Shown here one piece after another: positions 36,801 to 46,690 of a stretch of DNA of 64,000 bases. Position 1 is the first letter of the stretch, and each line of letters opens with the position of its first letter. Origin of the DNA: a virus; IMG/VR virus record IMGVR_UViG_3300017963_000203, positions 66,895 to 130,894 of that record. One strand, written 5' to 3'. Below the pieces are notes generated by a model that was given only the letters and a program-made list of their open reading frames with translations, was not told where the DNA came from and did no database searches. A program made the position numbers and the translations under genes.

Positions 36801-37814
36801 GGCCCACCCGAAGCCGATGGAGCCGAAGGGAGGCTCCTGGAGGCTCAGCAGGGTCGCCGTGAGCTGCGGGAAGTACGGAGAGGCCGTCCCCGCCGGCAGA
36901 ATCCAGATCGGCGCGCGCTTGTGGTAGTACCAGACGCCGCCGTTGTTGTCGACGCTAAACTCGTGGCATCCCCGGAAGAACTGCTCGGCCTCGTTGAACG
37001 TGAGGCCCTCCGCGTGGTCCTGCTTCAGCAGATGGGTGTCGTTGTCCGAGACTTCCGCGATGGCCTGCCTCGTGACGCTGTACGTCCCGCCCTGCTTGGA
37101 CAGAATGAGGATCATCTTGATCCCGCAGGTCTGGATGTAAGGCGTGGCCGCACCCAGGAGGTGTGTCGAGTACAGGGCCATGACCATCATGATCGAGTCA
37201 CCGTCCGCAAGACCGTCGGCGGTCAATCTCGTGACGTGATAGGTGACCCGCTGACACTCCATGTGCGGAATCTGACAGCGCACCACAGCAGCGTACCGCT
37301 CGGTCGCCGGGTATCCCATGGACCAGGGGGCGAGGTAGCCGCTGTGGCCGCTCGCCTGGACGTCGGACACCCCGGAGTCGCTCTGGACGAACCAGTCCAT
37401 CTGAGCAAGCCGAGTCCCGAGTTCGGTCGTGAAATTCTCCGTGTAGTGAACGGGTGGGTGCGGATCGTCTCCTGCACCTCCGCCGCCCCCACCACCCCCA
37501 CTTCCACCACACGTGATGTCAGCGCAGTAGGTGGTCTCGACGAAGGTGAGCCTCGCGACGATGTCAGCAAGGTCGATCTCGATCTGAGCGTGGGTCTTGG
37601 TCCCGGCGTCGGTGAGGTCGTCATGGGAGATTTGCGGGCCCTGTCCGGGCAGCCCGTTGTGAATGTGGCCAGTACCGCCAGGCTGGTTCGATCCCAGACC
37701 GGCAAACACGGCGTCGAGAGCCCGCCAGTTCGGGTTCGCAAGCGTGTGCCAGGTCCCGGGGGCCTCACCCGCGTAAGGCACGTTCAGGTTCAAATTGGCA
37801 GTGACGTCAGCCAT
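33816..37814 (-). CDS. large virion/tail-fibre-like protein with Ig/IPT-like repeats
   Basis: 1332 aa; N-terminal LNVP..W..N..ALD, HIH, poly-Gly linker; repeated 'ITGxxF/IRGDHF/LVGQNL' beta units. Confidence 0.7.
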   Translation of the reverse strand: MADVTANLNLNVPYAGEAPGTWHTLANPNWRALDAVFAGLGSNQPGGTGHIHNGLPGQGPQISHDDLTDAGTKTHAQIEIDLADIVARLTFVETTYCADITCGGSGGGGGGGGAGDDPHPPVHYTENFTTELGTRLAQMDWFVQSDSGVSDVQASGHSGYLAPWSMGYPATERYAAVVRCQIPHMECQRVTYHVTRLTADGLADGDSIMMVMALYSTHLLGAATPYIQTCGIKMILILSKQGGTYSVTRQAIAEVSDNDTHLLKQDHAEGLTFNEAEQFFRGCHEFSVDNNGGVWYYHKRAPIWILPAGTASPYFPQLTATLLSLQEPPFGSIGFGWAWNVVESATWDVEMAWLTIDSKANVLEEYTTNYPDPGNEPVPFDPPPTDLCCGGIGPQIGAPVDLGDGLKSKAIACVDDPWQGVLLENGMVMPCSVMGFPPSGDTGPTDVDEGSEFIREIPIDNMTPEVNTDWTVNDPDGVLSDYRVEVNLRGVTVSGQTAENSSGGTTPTISVYQATDLANSLVNIPIVSPKQIGPTITGIEIFDRDGVLRTDIGEGLRQRLIISLDNYTDDPPFPKTLGGELAVTGTVSVVERKRLIASNQMQVDIITPNQDPPYGNTLDVVVQDPTGLFSDTANREVKELAPYLRGAFVTNGPPAAAPPPPFAIETTDVVDVTIRGDHFDTGADVWVDAPDSVVPASVAVVDDTTITCQILIGSPLGFPIKAKVINPSGMESNSGVTQPILIVGDLNPFLGTIIETSIDGTPTEPVEGQDVLVRLYNTPLAENVLRFVEADISGTPIPYEDMWGFEWTQDYVEFKVRLPAGLTGVGLHVLQTKNQLDVTQQAEGTTSPILVEPTPAGVVSIGDLSPGATGVLSIAGPGNVFYGQDLEAYIQAGEKMVVTNPVIVPFDGLKLDYEILEDAGPGADTFNLVVKNRLGTTGLIPIGTCTFPSITITALEYVARPLIEGRNNIIARITGTGFRAGITAGIVAGTVTVHDLVFISDTEVQIQLDAPQNTGGDPFTLQLDNPAPDLSSATIGGTVLAEPIPKVNMVVKPPTTGAARIIELVGQNLFVPDSNVPGPITPAFSNFNLDHWDIQSNGFWRGVGDVTGGANDAITLGVDTPGGNSFPSITDFTISAVSVTPVPASFAPTGVEGYVTVNFTILGTDFDSVTVVRAVTSELVPIGSSQTIPMVISSMTSEWIVGTLYLPGGYVGLPFDIQLLDSTLTVLATLSTAFVGEKGAGQPYITNKFDPYPDETTPFAAITHNLQLDPATPVPDLANWSITNGTLISVVDLGAGLVTVQWTNGAAGEIELRVTAPSTVPPMFDVLRRTLV

Positions 37815-38134
37815 TACTCACCCATCTCTTGTAGCTTCTTTCCGAGACTGCTCAGGAGACCCTTACCCCGCTTCTTGATGTACTTCCTGCCTCCCTCGGC
37901 CGCGGGAGATGCAGCGACCTCCCCGCCGCCTGATGAAGCCGCCTCGACGCCTTTCTGAACGAGGTCAGGGTCCTGGAGCGCTTCACGCACCTTCTTCTTG
38001 CCCTGTTCGAGGATGTCGCCCGCAGCGGACTGCGCCGACGGCTTGACGTGCTTTTTCACGGCCTCGCTGAAGACGTCGCCCCAGCCGGCCTGCTTGGAAA
38101 GCTCGTCGAGAAAACCGTGCATGAATGCGTTCAT
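37814..38134 (-). CDS. putative virion-internal protein (tagged)
   Basis: N-terminus MNAFMHGFLDELSKQA. Confidence 0.75.
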   Translation of the reverse strand: MNAFMHGFLDELSKQAGWGDVFSEAVKKHVKPSAQSAAGDILEQGKKKVREALQDPDLVQKGVEAASSGGGEVAASPAAEGGRKYIKKRGKGLLSSLGKKLQEMGE

Positions 38135-38141
38135 ACCACCC

Positions 38142-39758
38142 TCAGACGTTGATGCGGAACTTCTGCTTCTCTATTTTACCCTGAGATTCGAGATCTTGGA
38201 TCGTGACCTGCTCCTGGCGAGGCACACAGAACCGCCACTGGATGTGGGCCGCTGGAATATGGAGTACAACCACGGCGTCCTGGATCAAATAGGCACCGAA
38301 ACGTCCGTACCGGTCGATGTCGCACCACCACTGGTCCCGGGAGAGGATTCGGTCGTGGACGATCTGACCCCGATCGTAGGGCGCCACGAAGAATTTGGCA
38401 ATGGCTGCTTCCGGATACTGATCGATCGGAAGCCTCACGCGCCCCTCCACGAAGCACATGGGCGCGTCGATGAAATCCACTTCCTTCACCGTGATGGTCT
38501 TGTAGAGAACCATCGTGTAGTCCGTACCGTCCGGCTGCGGATTCTGGGAGTGCATGGCCCGGTAGATGAGCCACTTGTAGTAGCGCATCTGGTGCGGACT
38601 TCCCGGCTCCGTGTCCACGAACTGGGTGAAGTTAGTGCGGCCGAGGACCTCTTCGTAGGGGATGCCGTACTGGTCGTTGTAGAGTTTCTCCACATCGATC
38701 CAGGTGAGGACCCGGCTGAAAACGATGACCTCGTCGATGAGACCGGCGAAGCACTCCCCCGACCCGTTCCCGCCGATGTAGAAATCCTCGGAGGTGAAGG
38801 CCACATTGGCTGTCTCGTCGATCTCGACGGAGGCCACCTCCACGCCGTCCAAGTACAGCCGTGCCATGCCGTCTCGATCGAAGGTCCCGACGAGATGGTG
38901 CCACTGCCCGTCGTTCAGGTTCCGCTCGTACTGGACGTACCGGCTGTTCAACGGGCCGTTGATGACCAGGGAGGCGTAGTACTCCGTGCCGATCTTGTCG
39001 ATGTAAATTCCGTAGCCCTGCCCGGTGACCGACGAGATCTTGCCGGCAACGAGCCCTGTGTCGAAGAGCGCGGTAACCGTGACCCACGCGCTGATGGAGA
39101 AGTCCTGGTTTGCTGCGAAGGAAAGCTTCGATGGATTGGTGCTGGAGAGCCAGGAGGCACCGGCGAACCTGGCGCACCCGCCGATGATTCCGCTGGCCGA
39201 CAGGAGTTCTACCACGCCCGTAGCTGCGAGATTCGCGTCCGGGGACACATCGTCATCGAAATCCTCGTCGATGGGCCAGAAAGCCGTGGTCCACGTCTCG
39301 GGCACGAACTGAACCTGATCTCTCTCCGTCAGACCATAGCGCTCATCGATACGACGGATCTCGTAGAACAAGGGGTCCACGGTATTCCTGCCACTCTCGA
39401 CCACCTCGGGCGGATCCCACTGAAGGAGGACACCGCTGGTGGCGTCCCCGGTGGAGGGCTGAAAGGAAACGCGGGCCGTGCGCTGATTCAGAACGGTGGT
39501 CCCGATGGTCCCGACGTAGCTCAGGGAGATGACGGTGTCCGGCGTCTTGGCCGGATCACTCACGTCATAGCCGTACCGGACGTAGTAGATGCCTCCGAAA
39601 ACCGTCTCCACGCGTTCGAGGTCATCGATGCTGTAGGAGTCGATTTCCAGCCCGAGGGCATTCAGCACTTTGAGGTCAATCGTGTTGACCACCCGGCCCC
39701 GTCCTGAGACAGGGTCGGGGAATGAGATCTTCAGATCGACTGTTCCAGGATCAGGCAT
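38142..39758 (-). CDS. LamG/concanavalin-A-like domain virion protein
   Basis: FSISAWV, DGQWHHLVGTFD, LYLDG, FYIGG, FAGLIDEVIVFSRVL. Confidence 0.85.
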   Translation of the reverse strand: MPDPGTVDLKISFPDPVSGRGRVVNTIDLKVLNALGLEIDSYSIDDLERVETVFGGIYYVRYGYDVSDPAKTPDTVISLSYVGTIGTTVLNQRTARVSFQPSTGDATSGVLLQWDPPEVVESGRNTVDPLFYEIRRIDERYGLTERDQVQFVPETWTTAFWPIDEDFDDDVSPDANLAATGVVELLSASGIIGGCARFAGASWLSSTNPSKLSFAANQDFSISAWVTVTALFDTGLVAGKISSVTGQGYGIYIDKIGTEYYASLVINGPLNSRYVQYERNLNDGQWHHLVGTFDRDGMARLYLDGVEVASVEIDETANVAFTSEDFYIGGNGSGECFAGLIDEVIVFSRVLTWIDVEKLYNDQYGIPYEEVLGRTNFTQFVDTEPGSPHQMRYYKWLIYRAMHSQNPQPDGTDYTMVLYKTITVKEVDFIDAPMCFVEGRVRLPIDQYPEAAIAKFFVAPYDRGQIVHDRILSRDQWWCDIDRYGRFGAYLIQDAVVVLHIPAAHIQWRFCVPRQEQVTIQDLESQGKIEKQKFRINV

Positions 39759-40836
39759 CGTTGGTTTCTTCGGCCAACCCTTCGTCGAGGATGTTGATCC
39801 TCGTCGGGTGCTTCAGGGACACGTCTCCGGACAGAAGGAACTCCACGGGGTGCTGGTCCGCGTCGGAGAGAACCGCGGCCAGCTCGGCCACTTGGGCCAG
39901 GGTATAGGCCGTGGGGCCGAGAGTCGGGAACCGCACGGTCACGAACCCGTTCTGGCCGATGACACCGCCCGTTTCGTGATTCACGTCCAGCGTGTTGAGC
40001 TGGACCTGGTCGAACAACCCCGACGTGTGAACGACAGCCCCCGAAACCACACAGTCGTTACGGAAGCCCGTGGACGGATCGAAGAGACCCATGGGGCTGT
40101 CCGTCGTGTACTTGTTCAGACAGAACGAGTACCCGTTGGTCGGAGGCGCGAGAGTCGAGCGCGTCTCCGTGTGGACGAGGCGCGCGGCCGCCCACACCCC
40201 GGGCTGGTGCACCCAGATCTGGAACCCGGTCCTCGTGAAGACGAAGGCCACGTTAATCGGGTACTGCCTCGTCGGGTCCGTGGGATGAGACGCCAGCCAC
40301 GCCGAATCGGGGATGTCGATGAACTGGCCGTTGGAACCCCCGCGCACCACCTGGACGCGCCCCGGACGGAACCGGAGGTAGACCGAGTTGTCCGGAACCT
40401 GCACGGTCGTGTACTTGAGGGACCAGGTCGTGGGCGTGACCACGTTGTCCACCGTGAAGGCGTACTCCTGGAGCCCCGCCAGCCACTCGACGTTGTCCGA
40501 CATGATGAACTTGGTGTGCCACATGTCGCCCACGTTGCCGGCGATGGCTGGCTTGTAGATCACGCCATCGGTGTCGTAGGCCGGAGGCACGAGCGGTCCG
40601 GCGATGACGATGCAGTTCCTGTTGAGGAACGCCGCCTGGCTCACGCCAGCGCCCACCGCGGCCCACTTGGTGGTGTCGATCGGGCCCGGGGTCAGGGGAT
40701 CGACCACCAGCGGGTCCGGAGCGAATTCGCCCGGAAGGGTGGCCACGCCGAGGGCGTCCTTGAGGTAGCTCAGGATCTGCCCGTTGCTGACGCTCGCCCC
40801 GCTGAAGTCCACCAGGGCGTCTCTCACTCGTGCCAT
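39751..40836 (-). CDS. hypothetical virion structural protein
   Basis: GGAGG RBS; beta-rich; within structural operon. Confidence 0.7.
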   Translation of the reverse strand: MARVRDALVDFSGASVSNGQILSYLKDALGVATLPGEFAPDPLVVDPLTPGPIDTTKWAAVGAGVSQAAFLNRNCIVIAGPLVPPAYDTDGVIYKPAIAGNVGDMWHTKFIMSDNVEWLAGLQEYAFTVDNVVTPTTWSLKYTTVQVPDNSVYLRFRPGRVQVVRGGSNGQFIDIPDSAWLASHPTDPTRQYPINVAFVFTRTGFQIWVHQPGVWAAARLVHTETRSTLAPPTNGYSFCLNKYTTDSPMGLFDPSTGFRNDCVVSGAVVHTSGLFDQVQLNTLDVNHETGGVIGQNGFVTVRFPTLGPTAYTLAQVAELAAVLSDADQHPVEFLLSGDVSLKHPTRINILDEGLAEETNDA

Positions 40837-40869
40837 GTCTCAGCCTCCTGTGGCTATACGACGTATAGC

Positions 40870-41859
40870 TTAATCGTGGAAGATCTCGATCTCCATTCCC
40901 GCCTGGAGAATGACCCGGGTTGCGATGTTGAGGAACCGGATCGTGTTCGGGTCGGGGAAGACGTAGTCGTTGCCGACCCCGTACAGCATCTTCACCCCCT
41001 CCACGTACACGAAGGACGTGAGATCCATGCTCGTGATCGGGTTGGCGAGGGCGAAGTTCTGAGGCGTCCCGGGAACGCCGCTCACGCCCACAACCTGAAC
41101 CTCGTGGAAAGGCCACGGCCACGTGCTTGCCGCAGCCATCGTGATGCCCGTCTTGCCACCGCCCAGATCCGTGACCGTGAAATTGGGTCCGAACTTGACC
41201 GTGTTGGTGTTCGGGAAGAGCACCCCGCCGTTGTCCTCGACCGTGATATTGGCCCCGACCACGATGCCGGCGAGGACGTCCTCGAGGGTGGGGCCGATGT
41301 ACCGGTAGCCCTTGACCCAGAAGGGCGGCGTCAGCCCGGCAACGACCGGGTCGTTCTCGAAGGTCAGGATGCCCGACTGGTGGTCGAACAGCGGTCCCGA
41401 GACGTGCGTCCAAGGGATCTGGGCCCCAGGAACTCCCACGTTGTCCTCGTGAATCGTCAGCTCCCACAGTTTCCCGTACTTGGGGGGCACCCAGTCTTCG
41501 AGGCGCGGGTCGGTCTCGACGCCCGGATTGCCGCCGCCGTCGATGGTGGCGAGCCAGCAGAATGTCGCGCCCACGTCCGTTCGCTGGACCATCTGCCAGA
41601 CGCCCTGCTCACCGGGAGGTGCTGGGAAAGACTGGTAGACCTCGATGTCGGTCGTGTCCAGGGCCGGCGGCGAGGCGGGCAAGTCCTGTCCCCAGATCTC
41701 GTCGACCTTGTAGATCACCCGGCTCGGCAGAGGCGCCGTCGGGTCGAAGCGTTCGCGCTCCTCCCACGGAGTCTTGTTGATCCCCGTGTGCCCGAAGCCG
41801 AAGAACAGCTTCCCCACGATCTGGAGAAGGTGCTCGTGATAGTCGGTGAATACGGCCAT
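40870..41859 (-). CDS. hypothetical virion structural protein
   Basis: GGAGG RBS; FDHQSGILTF, GYRYIG, VYVEGV..GNDY. Confidence 0.75.
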   Translation of the reverse strand: MAVFTDYHEHLLQIVGKLFFGFGHTGINKTPWEERERFDPTAPLPSRVIYKVDEIWGQDLPASPPALDTTDIEVYQSFPAPPGEQGVWQMVQRTDVGATFCWLATIDGGGNPGVETDPRLEDWVPPKYGKLWELTIHEDNVGVPGAQIPWTHVSGPLFDHQSGILTFENDPVVAGLTPPFWVKGYRYIGPTLEDVLAGIVVGANITVEDNGGVLFPNTNTVKFGPNFTVTDLGGGKTGITMAAASTWPWPFHEVQVVGVSGVPGTPQNFALANPITSMDLTSFVYVEGVKMLYGVGNDYVFPDPNTIRFLNIATRVILQAGMEIEIFHD

Positions 41860-41868
41860 CGTGGCCTC

Positions 41869-42117
41869 CTATTCTTTGTTCCGCTTCAACCTGAACCCGT
41901 AGGTATAAGGGCCAGCCACAACTCCGGCAAGACGGGCAGGATCTGTGAGAGCCCGCTTCGGACTCGTTGTCTTTCCACGTCCTGCGAGCCTGCGCTCGGC
42001 CGAGACCGACGTGTCCCTGGTACCGCGCCGAAACTTGGCTCCCTGGTACTTCAGGAAACGGCCCACCGATGCCTGCTTTTCCAGCTCGTCCAGAAATCCG
42101 TACATGAGAGCGTCCAT
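41869..42117 (-). CDS. putative virion-internal protein (tagged)
   Basis: Start MDALMYGFLDELEKQA, TAATG-coupled to upstream gene; basic. Confidence 0.7.
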   Translation of the reverse strand: MDALMYGFLDELEKQASVGRFLKYQGAKFRRGTRDTSVSAERRLAGRGKTTSPKRALTDPARLAGVVAGPYTYGFRLKRNKE

Positions 42118-45100
42118 TACCCAATCTCCTCGATGGCGTAGATCACGGGCGTCGTCGCGCGATACGTCACCCGGAGAATCAGCATCTCGCCAGCATCGAC
42201 CGTGGACAACCCGTTGCCCGTCCAGTCGATCTCGACGTAAGGCGTGCCGCCTGGCCCCACCACGTCCACGATGGCGCCCACCCGGCACCCGTCACCGTCG
42301 GCGAAGTTGCCGCCGCCAAGGGACAGCTTGGACAGGTCGAGCCACCCGCTGAAGTATCCTGTCTTGTGCCCCGGAAACTTGATCTCGAGGTTGACCTGAC
42401 CCGTCGGCGTGCCGCCCCCGCCGAAGTAGGACTGGCCGATCTGAGCCGACGTGATGCCCCAAATGCGGAACTTTCCGTGACTCCTGGGCTCGTCCTTGAA
42501 CACGAACGCTCGGTCGTAGATGGCCGCACCCGTGCCGGCGAAGTCGTTCCCATAGTCGCGTCCTGCGGCCTGAACCGGTTTGTACGATCCGAAGTTGTAG
42601 TTGAGCTGAGGCCAGGTGAGCGCACCCTCCTGCGGATTGGTGTTGAAGGGGCCGTGTGCCACACGAGGGTTCACCTGGAGCTGACCGGGCTCGCCGCCCC
42701 CGTCGCCCCACGGAGCCACACCGACGTAGAGGGGTGTGCTGCTGTGCCAGTGGAAGGTCTCGCGGACCATGACCGGCACCCACTCGTACTGGGACCACTT
42801 GGGATCGTCCTTGTTGAGCCGGTACCGCTCGTCCTCGAAGAACTCGGCCTTGTCTCGAGTATCGGCCGACTCCAGCGTGTAGAGCACCATCTCTCCAGCC
42901 GCCGTGGTGATCGGAGAGGCCTGAGCATAGGCATGAACGGACTCCGGTCGCATGTGGACAACCTGGAGATACGCGTTCGGAACGCTCTGCTCCACCGAGT
43001 AGTCCTTGACCGGACGTCCGGTGGGAAAGGCCGCAACCGACGGATTGTCCGCGGCTCCCGGCGGCGAGGACACGCCGACCATGTCCGAGATGTCGATCTT
43101 CTTCGCCTCCTGCCACTGGTTCGTGACAGGATCCTTGATCGCCACCTCGAAGGGCTTCTGGTAGTACGTGTCCTGGAACAAGTTGGTCACCGAGAAGTCG
43201 ATGAGCAACTCGTTGTCGCCCGAGTAGTGCTCGATGCCCGACACGAACACCGTTCGACCCGGCGCGTCTCCGGTCACGATGCTCGGAAGGGCGTAACCGC
43301 CAGCGGAAGGAGTGGGAGTGCTGTCGAGGAACACCTCGAACTTGCCGCTCGTTCCGGTGAACGGGGGGACCGGCGGTGCCACATTCAGCTCGATGGTGTT
43401 GTATCCCCGCACGACGCCAAGCGCCGGATCCGGCGTCACCAGGTCCACATTCACCTGGACCTTGATGAAGAACCCACCTCCTGACGGAATGGAAGAGGTG
43501 ATCGTCAGATACGGGTTGAGAGGACCAGGCGCCGCACCAGGAGGAATGGGTGCCGATGTCGCTCCGATCAGGATGCCGTTGACGACGAGCGAAAGAGTCT
43601 CCGCGCCGCCACCCACCACCCAGAACTCCATGGCCGTCTCGATGATGGCCGGAGCCGGAGCGTCGTTGACGTTGTGCACGTAGCCGGGCTCGCTTCCTGG
43701 GCCGAACTTGGGGTCGTAGACGATGGCGGCCGCACTGGCCAGGAAGGCGGCCTCTCGATGGATGCCGCTGACCTCGACCCAGCCCACGTCCGGGTCCAGG
43801 CCTGTAAGCGCCGTTCCGAGGGCAACACCGAGCGCCTCGTTCAACCGGTCGATGGCGTCGGGGATCGTCGCGTTCTTGTCCAGGACCACGTAGCCGTCGG
43901 AGAAGGTTCCGTCTCCCGGCTCTCCGAGAAGAAGATCCTCGCCAGTGTGGCCGTGAAGGCGCGTAAGCCTCTTGCCGATGAGCTCGAGGAACCGGCCGTA
44001 ATCGACCTCCGAAACGAGTCCCTTGGCAACCACGGCTTCCTTGGCTTGGATGGGAATGACGGTCCGAATCACGAGGTTGCCGTCCTGGACGTTGGCCTCG
44101 ATCTCGATGAACTCGCCTTCCTTGATCTCGAGGTCGCCGGCACCGGCCGCGGGAACCTCGTTGATGGTCCTCACGCTGTCCGGGGCCGTGAACCGGACAC
44201 GCTTGTTGATCTGGTCAGCCTCGATGTTCAGCCCGTTCTGGCCCTGGAACTGGATGACCTGGTCTTCCGGCTCGACGATCTGCTCTCCGACTTGGATGCC
44301 GGCGACAAACGGCGCGCCCTTGATGAGGGCAATGACGTCGGCGTCCACCTCTCCCAAGACGTTTCCGAACTTGATGAACGCCTCGGGATCGATGTCGTGC
44401 AGCTCTTCGCGCTCGCCGTAGCGCATGCACCAGGGCGGTGCCGGAATCTTGTTGTCCGGGTTTGGGTTGTACTCGAAAACGAACGTGAGGTTGAACCCGA
44501 TGGGAGAGCCCCCGCCGTCCTGGCCCGTGTGGAAACCCCCGGGATCTACTTGATACGGATTGGCGTTGGGGTCGATCTCCACACCGTTCGCATCCTTGAT
44601 CGACACGATCGTGAGTGGGTTGCCATTCCCGTCGTGGGGTTCGTCTTCGCTGTCGCAGTCCACGAGGCGGAACCAGTTCCTGGCCATGGACGCGTCTGTC
44701 TCTCCTGTGCGGCCGACGAAGCACCCCTTGGTGCTCACCAGGGTGTAGGAGACCTGATAGGTTCCAGGGCCGCCCGTCACACTGGAGATCGTCATCTTCA
44801 GAGGATTGGCGAAGTAGAGCAAGTCGTTGGCCATGCTGTCCAGCACATCCCGCAGGCCCTCGTCCGCGGCTGCGTGGAACGGAAACAGGCCGAGCCAGTC
44901 CTCTACGAGGATGTCACGGGAGAGATGGAGGTACGGGTCGTCCACATCCCGGAAGAAGTGCTTCTGCACCTTCTCGGGCGTGGCGTTACCGCTCAGATAG
45001 TCCTGGATGAGCTCGAAGACCTTCGGGTCGAGGAGGAAGTCGTAGGCGCGCGTGAACCCGTAGGGGCGGACATCCACAGACACATCAGCGACCACTGAAT

Positions 45101-45344
45101 TGGGCACCGAATCGGTGAGACGAATGCGGAAGGTGTGCAGCCCGACTTCGCTCTCCACGACGGCACCTGCGGGCGCCTGGAGAGTGTCACCGACGAGGCT
45201 CATTCCGGCAGGTGGTGTCCCGAAGCCTCCAACGATTGACCAGGCGTAGGGCGGCGTCCCCCCAAGTGCTTGGAGTTGAAAGCTATAGAGAAGAGTCGCC
45301 ATCGCCGGCGGCAGACTCTGTGAGACGATTGTCAACGGATCCAT
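42117..45344 (-). CDS. large virion structural protein with N-terminal putative Ig (He_PIG-like) domain
   Basis: 1075 aa; LPPA..YSFQLQALGGTPPYAWSI..PAGMSL. Confidence 0.75.
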   Translation of the reverse strand: MDPLTIVSQSLPPAMATLLYSFQLQALGGTPPYAWSIVGGFGTPPAGMSLVGDTLQAPAGAVVESEVGLHTFRIRLTDSVPNSVVADVSVDVRPYGFTRAYDFLLDPKVFELIQDYLSGNATPEKVQKHFFRDVDDPYLHLSRDILVEDWLGLFPFHAAADEGLRDVLDSMANDLLYFANPLKMTISSVTGGPGTYQVSYTLVSTKGCFVGRTGETDASMARNWFRLVDCDSEDEPHDGNGNPLTIVSIKDANGVEIDPNANPYQVDPGGFHTGQDGGGSPIGFNLTFVFEYNPNPDNKIPAPPWCMRYGEREELHDIDPEAFIKFGNVLGEVDADVIALIKGAPFVAGIQVGEQIVEPEDQVIQFQGQNGLNIEADQINKRVRFTAPDSVRTINEVPAAGAGDLEIKEGEFIEIEANVQDGNLVIRTVIPIQAKEAVVAKGLVSEVDYGRFLELIGKRLTRLHGHTGEDLLLGEPGDGTFSDGYVVLDKNATIPDAIDRLNEALGVALGTALTGLDPDVGWVEVSGIHREAAFLASAAAIVYDPKFGPGSEPGYVHNVNDAPAPAIIETAMEFWVVGGGAETLSLVVNGILIGATSAPIPPGAAPGPLNPYLTITSSIPSGGGFFIKVQVNVDLVTPDPALGVVRGYNTIELNVAPPVPPFTGTSGKFEVFLDSTPTPSAGGYALPSIVTGDAPGRTVFVSGIEHYSGDNELLIDFSVTNLFQDTYYQKPFEVAIKDPVTNQWQEAKKIDISDMVGVSSPPGAADNPSVAAFPTGRPVKDYSVEQSVPNAYLQVVHMRPESVHAYAQASPITTAAGEMVLYTLESADTRDKAEFFEDERYRLNKDDPKWSQYEWVPVMVRETFHWHSSTPLYVGVAPWGDGGGEPGQLQVNPRVAHGPFNTNPQEGALTWPQLNYNFGSYKPVQAAGRDYGNDFAGTGAAIYDRAFVFKDEPRSHGKFRIWGITSAQIGQSYFGGGGTPTGQVNLEIKFPGHKTGYFSGWLDLSKLSLGGGNFADGDGCRVGAIVDVVGPGGTPYVEIDWTGNGLSTVDAGEMLILRVTYRATTPVIYAIEEIG

Positions 45345-45579
45345 TCAGCAACTCCGGGAAGTCCCTCAGCCTGTCGAGAATCTGGGTCCCCACCAAGAGC
45401 ACCGGCGGGTCACCCGGTATCTTGAGCGCCGGATACCCCTTTATGAAAGGCTTCTCCACGATCGTCGGTTTACGAATCACCAACGGTATACCCCGCGTAG
45501 TGAAAAAATCAACGATTTGCGGGAGGATGCGCTCGCAGTACGCGCAGGTGTCTATGTAAAAATAGACGCACCACTGCAT
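45283..45579 (-). CDS. thioredoxin/glutaredoxin-like protein
   Basis: YFY..TCAYC..IKGYPAL (CxxC plus cis-Pro motif). Confidence 0.65.
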   Translation of the reverse strand: MQWCVYFYIDTCAYCERILPQIVDFFTTRGIPLVIRKPTIVEKPFIKGYPALKIPGDPPVLLVGTQILDRLRDFPELLNGSVDNRLTESAAGDGDSSL

Positions 45580-46400
45580 CAGACCCCCCTATTGTGGAGG
45601 AAGTCCCGTGCAACCTGAATGGAGGCCCGGCCATAGTCGGACGTGATCTCCTTGCCGGCACGCACAGGTTTGGTCGTGACCATGAAGAGATCGTCGCCCT
45701 CGCGAACCAACTTCATGTTCGGTCGACCGGAGTGATTCACCTTCTTGGCGTGGGGTGTCTGCTCATAGTCGTCGTCGGGCCGCCCCGTGCTCGAGACTTG
45801 TCGCATGCCCAAGCCGATGTTCATCCCTTTGGGAAGCGGGGACGTGGTGAAGAGGCCCTCTCCGTGGATCTTGGAGGGTCGGACTCGAAGAGCCCCGGTC
45901 TTCTTGAGCATCTTCATCTTGGCAGATCCGGAACGGATAGCAGCCTTCCGCCTCTCAAGGCTTTTCTCTTTGAACTTGGCCTTGATTTGCTCTTTGGCCC
46001 GTCGCTGACGCGCAATCTGTTTTCGGGCCCTGTTTGCCCACTTAGGCGCGTCAACTGCCTGCCTGGCCAAAAGCGTGCCCATACCAGCATCCGGGAGGAC
46101 GAGACTGGCCGGGAGCGCAGCAAGACCCGCCACGCGTGCAGCCTTGGAGGGCTTGGCCGTCCGCATCCGCATGATCATTCGCTGAATGGGCTTGTCCTTC
46201 ACCTCGCGGAGCTTCTTCGCCACACGTTTCCTGGCAGACGGCATGTCTCGCCAGCCCCGAACAGGGATCGTTTTGAATGGCTGGTGCTCATGACGACCCT
46301 TCTGTATGGCGAGCTCCTCAGAGAGGTCGTCCTGGGCCTTCTTGGAGAGCTGGACGTCCAGCTCGTCCAAGAGGCCGGTCATGAAGGCTTGATGGTTCAC
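45579..46400 (-). CDS. tagged protein with C-terminal SET-domain methyltransferase
   Basis: N-term AFMTGLLDELDVQLSKKA; SET motifs SKIHGEGLFT, VNHSGRPN, GKEITSDYG. Confidence 0.85.
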   Translation of the reverse strand: MNHQAFMTGLLDELDVQLSKKAQDDLSEELAIQKGRHEHQPFKTIPVRGWRDMPSARKRVAKKLREVKDKPIQRMIMRMRTAKPSKAARVAGLAALPASLVLPDAGMGTLLARQAVDAPKWANRARKQIARQRRAKEQIKAKFKEKSLERRKAAIRSGSAKMKMLKKTGALRVRPSKIHGEGLFTTSPLPKGMNIGLGMRQVSSTGRPDDDYEQTPHAKKVNHSGRPNMKLVREGDDLFMVTTKPVRAGKEITSDYGRASIQVARDFLHNRGV

Positions 46401-46690
46401 AGCGCCGCGCCCTCCTTCTTGATTCCCTCAAGGAAAGTCACGACCTCGTCGTAGGGGATGAGCATCTTCCACTGTTCGCCCTGCGGCGTTCCGATGGGCC
46501 CGGCGTTCGCGGCGTCGAGCTTCATGAAGTACTCCTCGGTCCAGAACTGCATGGGGGCGATCATGCAATACTTCACACCGTCGATCTCTCGCATTCCGAT
46601 GAACTTGATTTCACGGCTGGCAATCTGACGCTCGCCTGTTCGAGAGACGTACCCGCCAGGAGGTACACGGTCCTTCATCCGGACGCTCAT
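46397..46690 (-). CDS. hypothetical protein
   Basis: GGAGG RBS. Confidence 0.65.
   Translation of the reverse strand: MSVRMKDRVPPGGYVSRTGERQIASREIKFIGMREIDGVKYCMIAPMQFWTEEYFMKLDAANAGPIGTPQGEQWKMLIPYDEVVTFLEGIKKEGAAL

Noticed and set aside
37480-37512. G/C-rich run
   Set aside because: Encodes a poly-Gly linker within the 1332-aa protein
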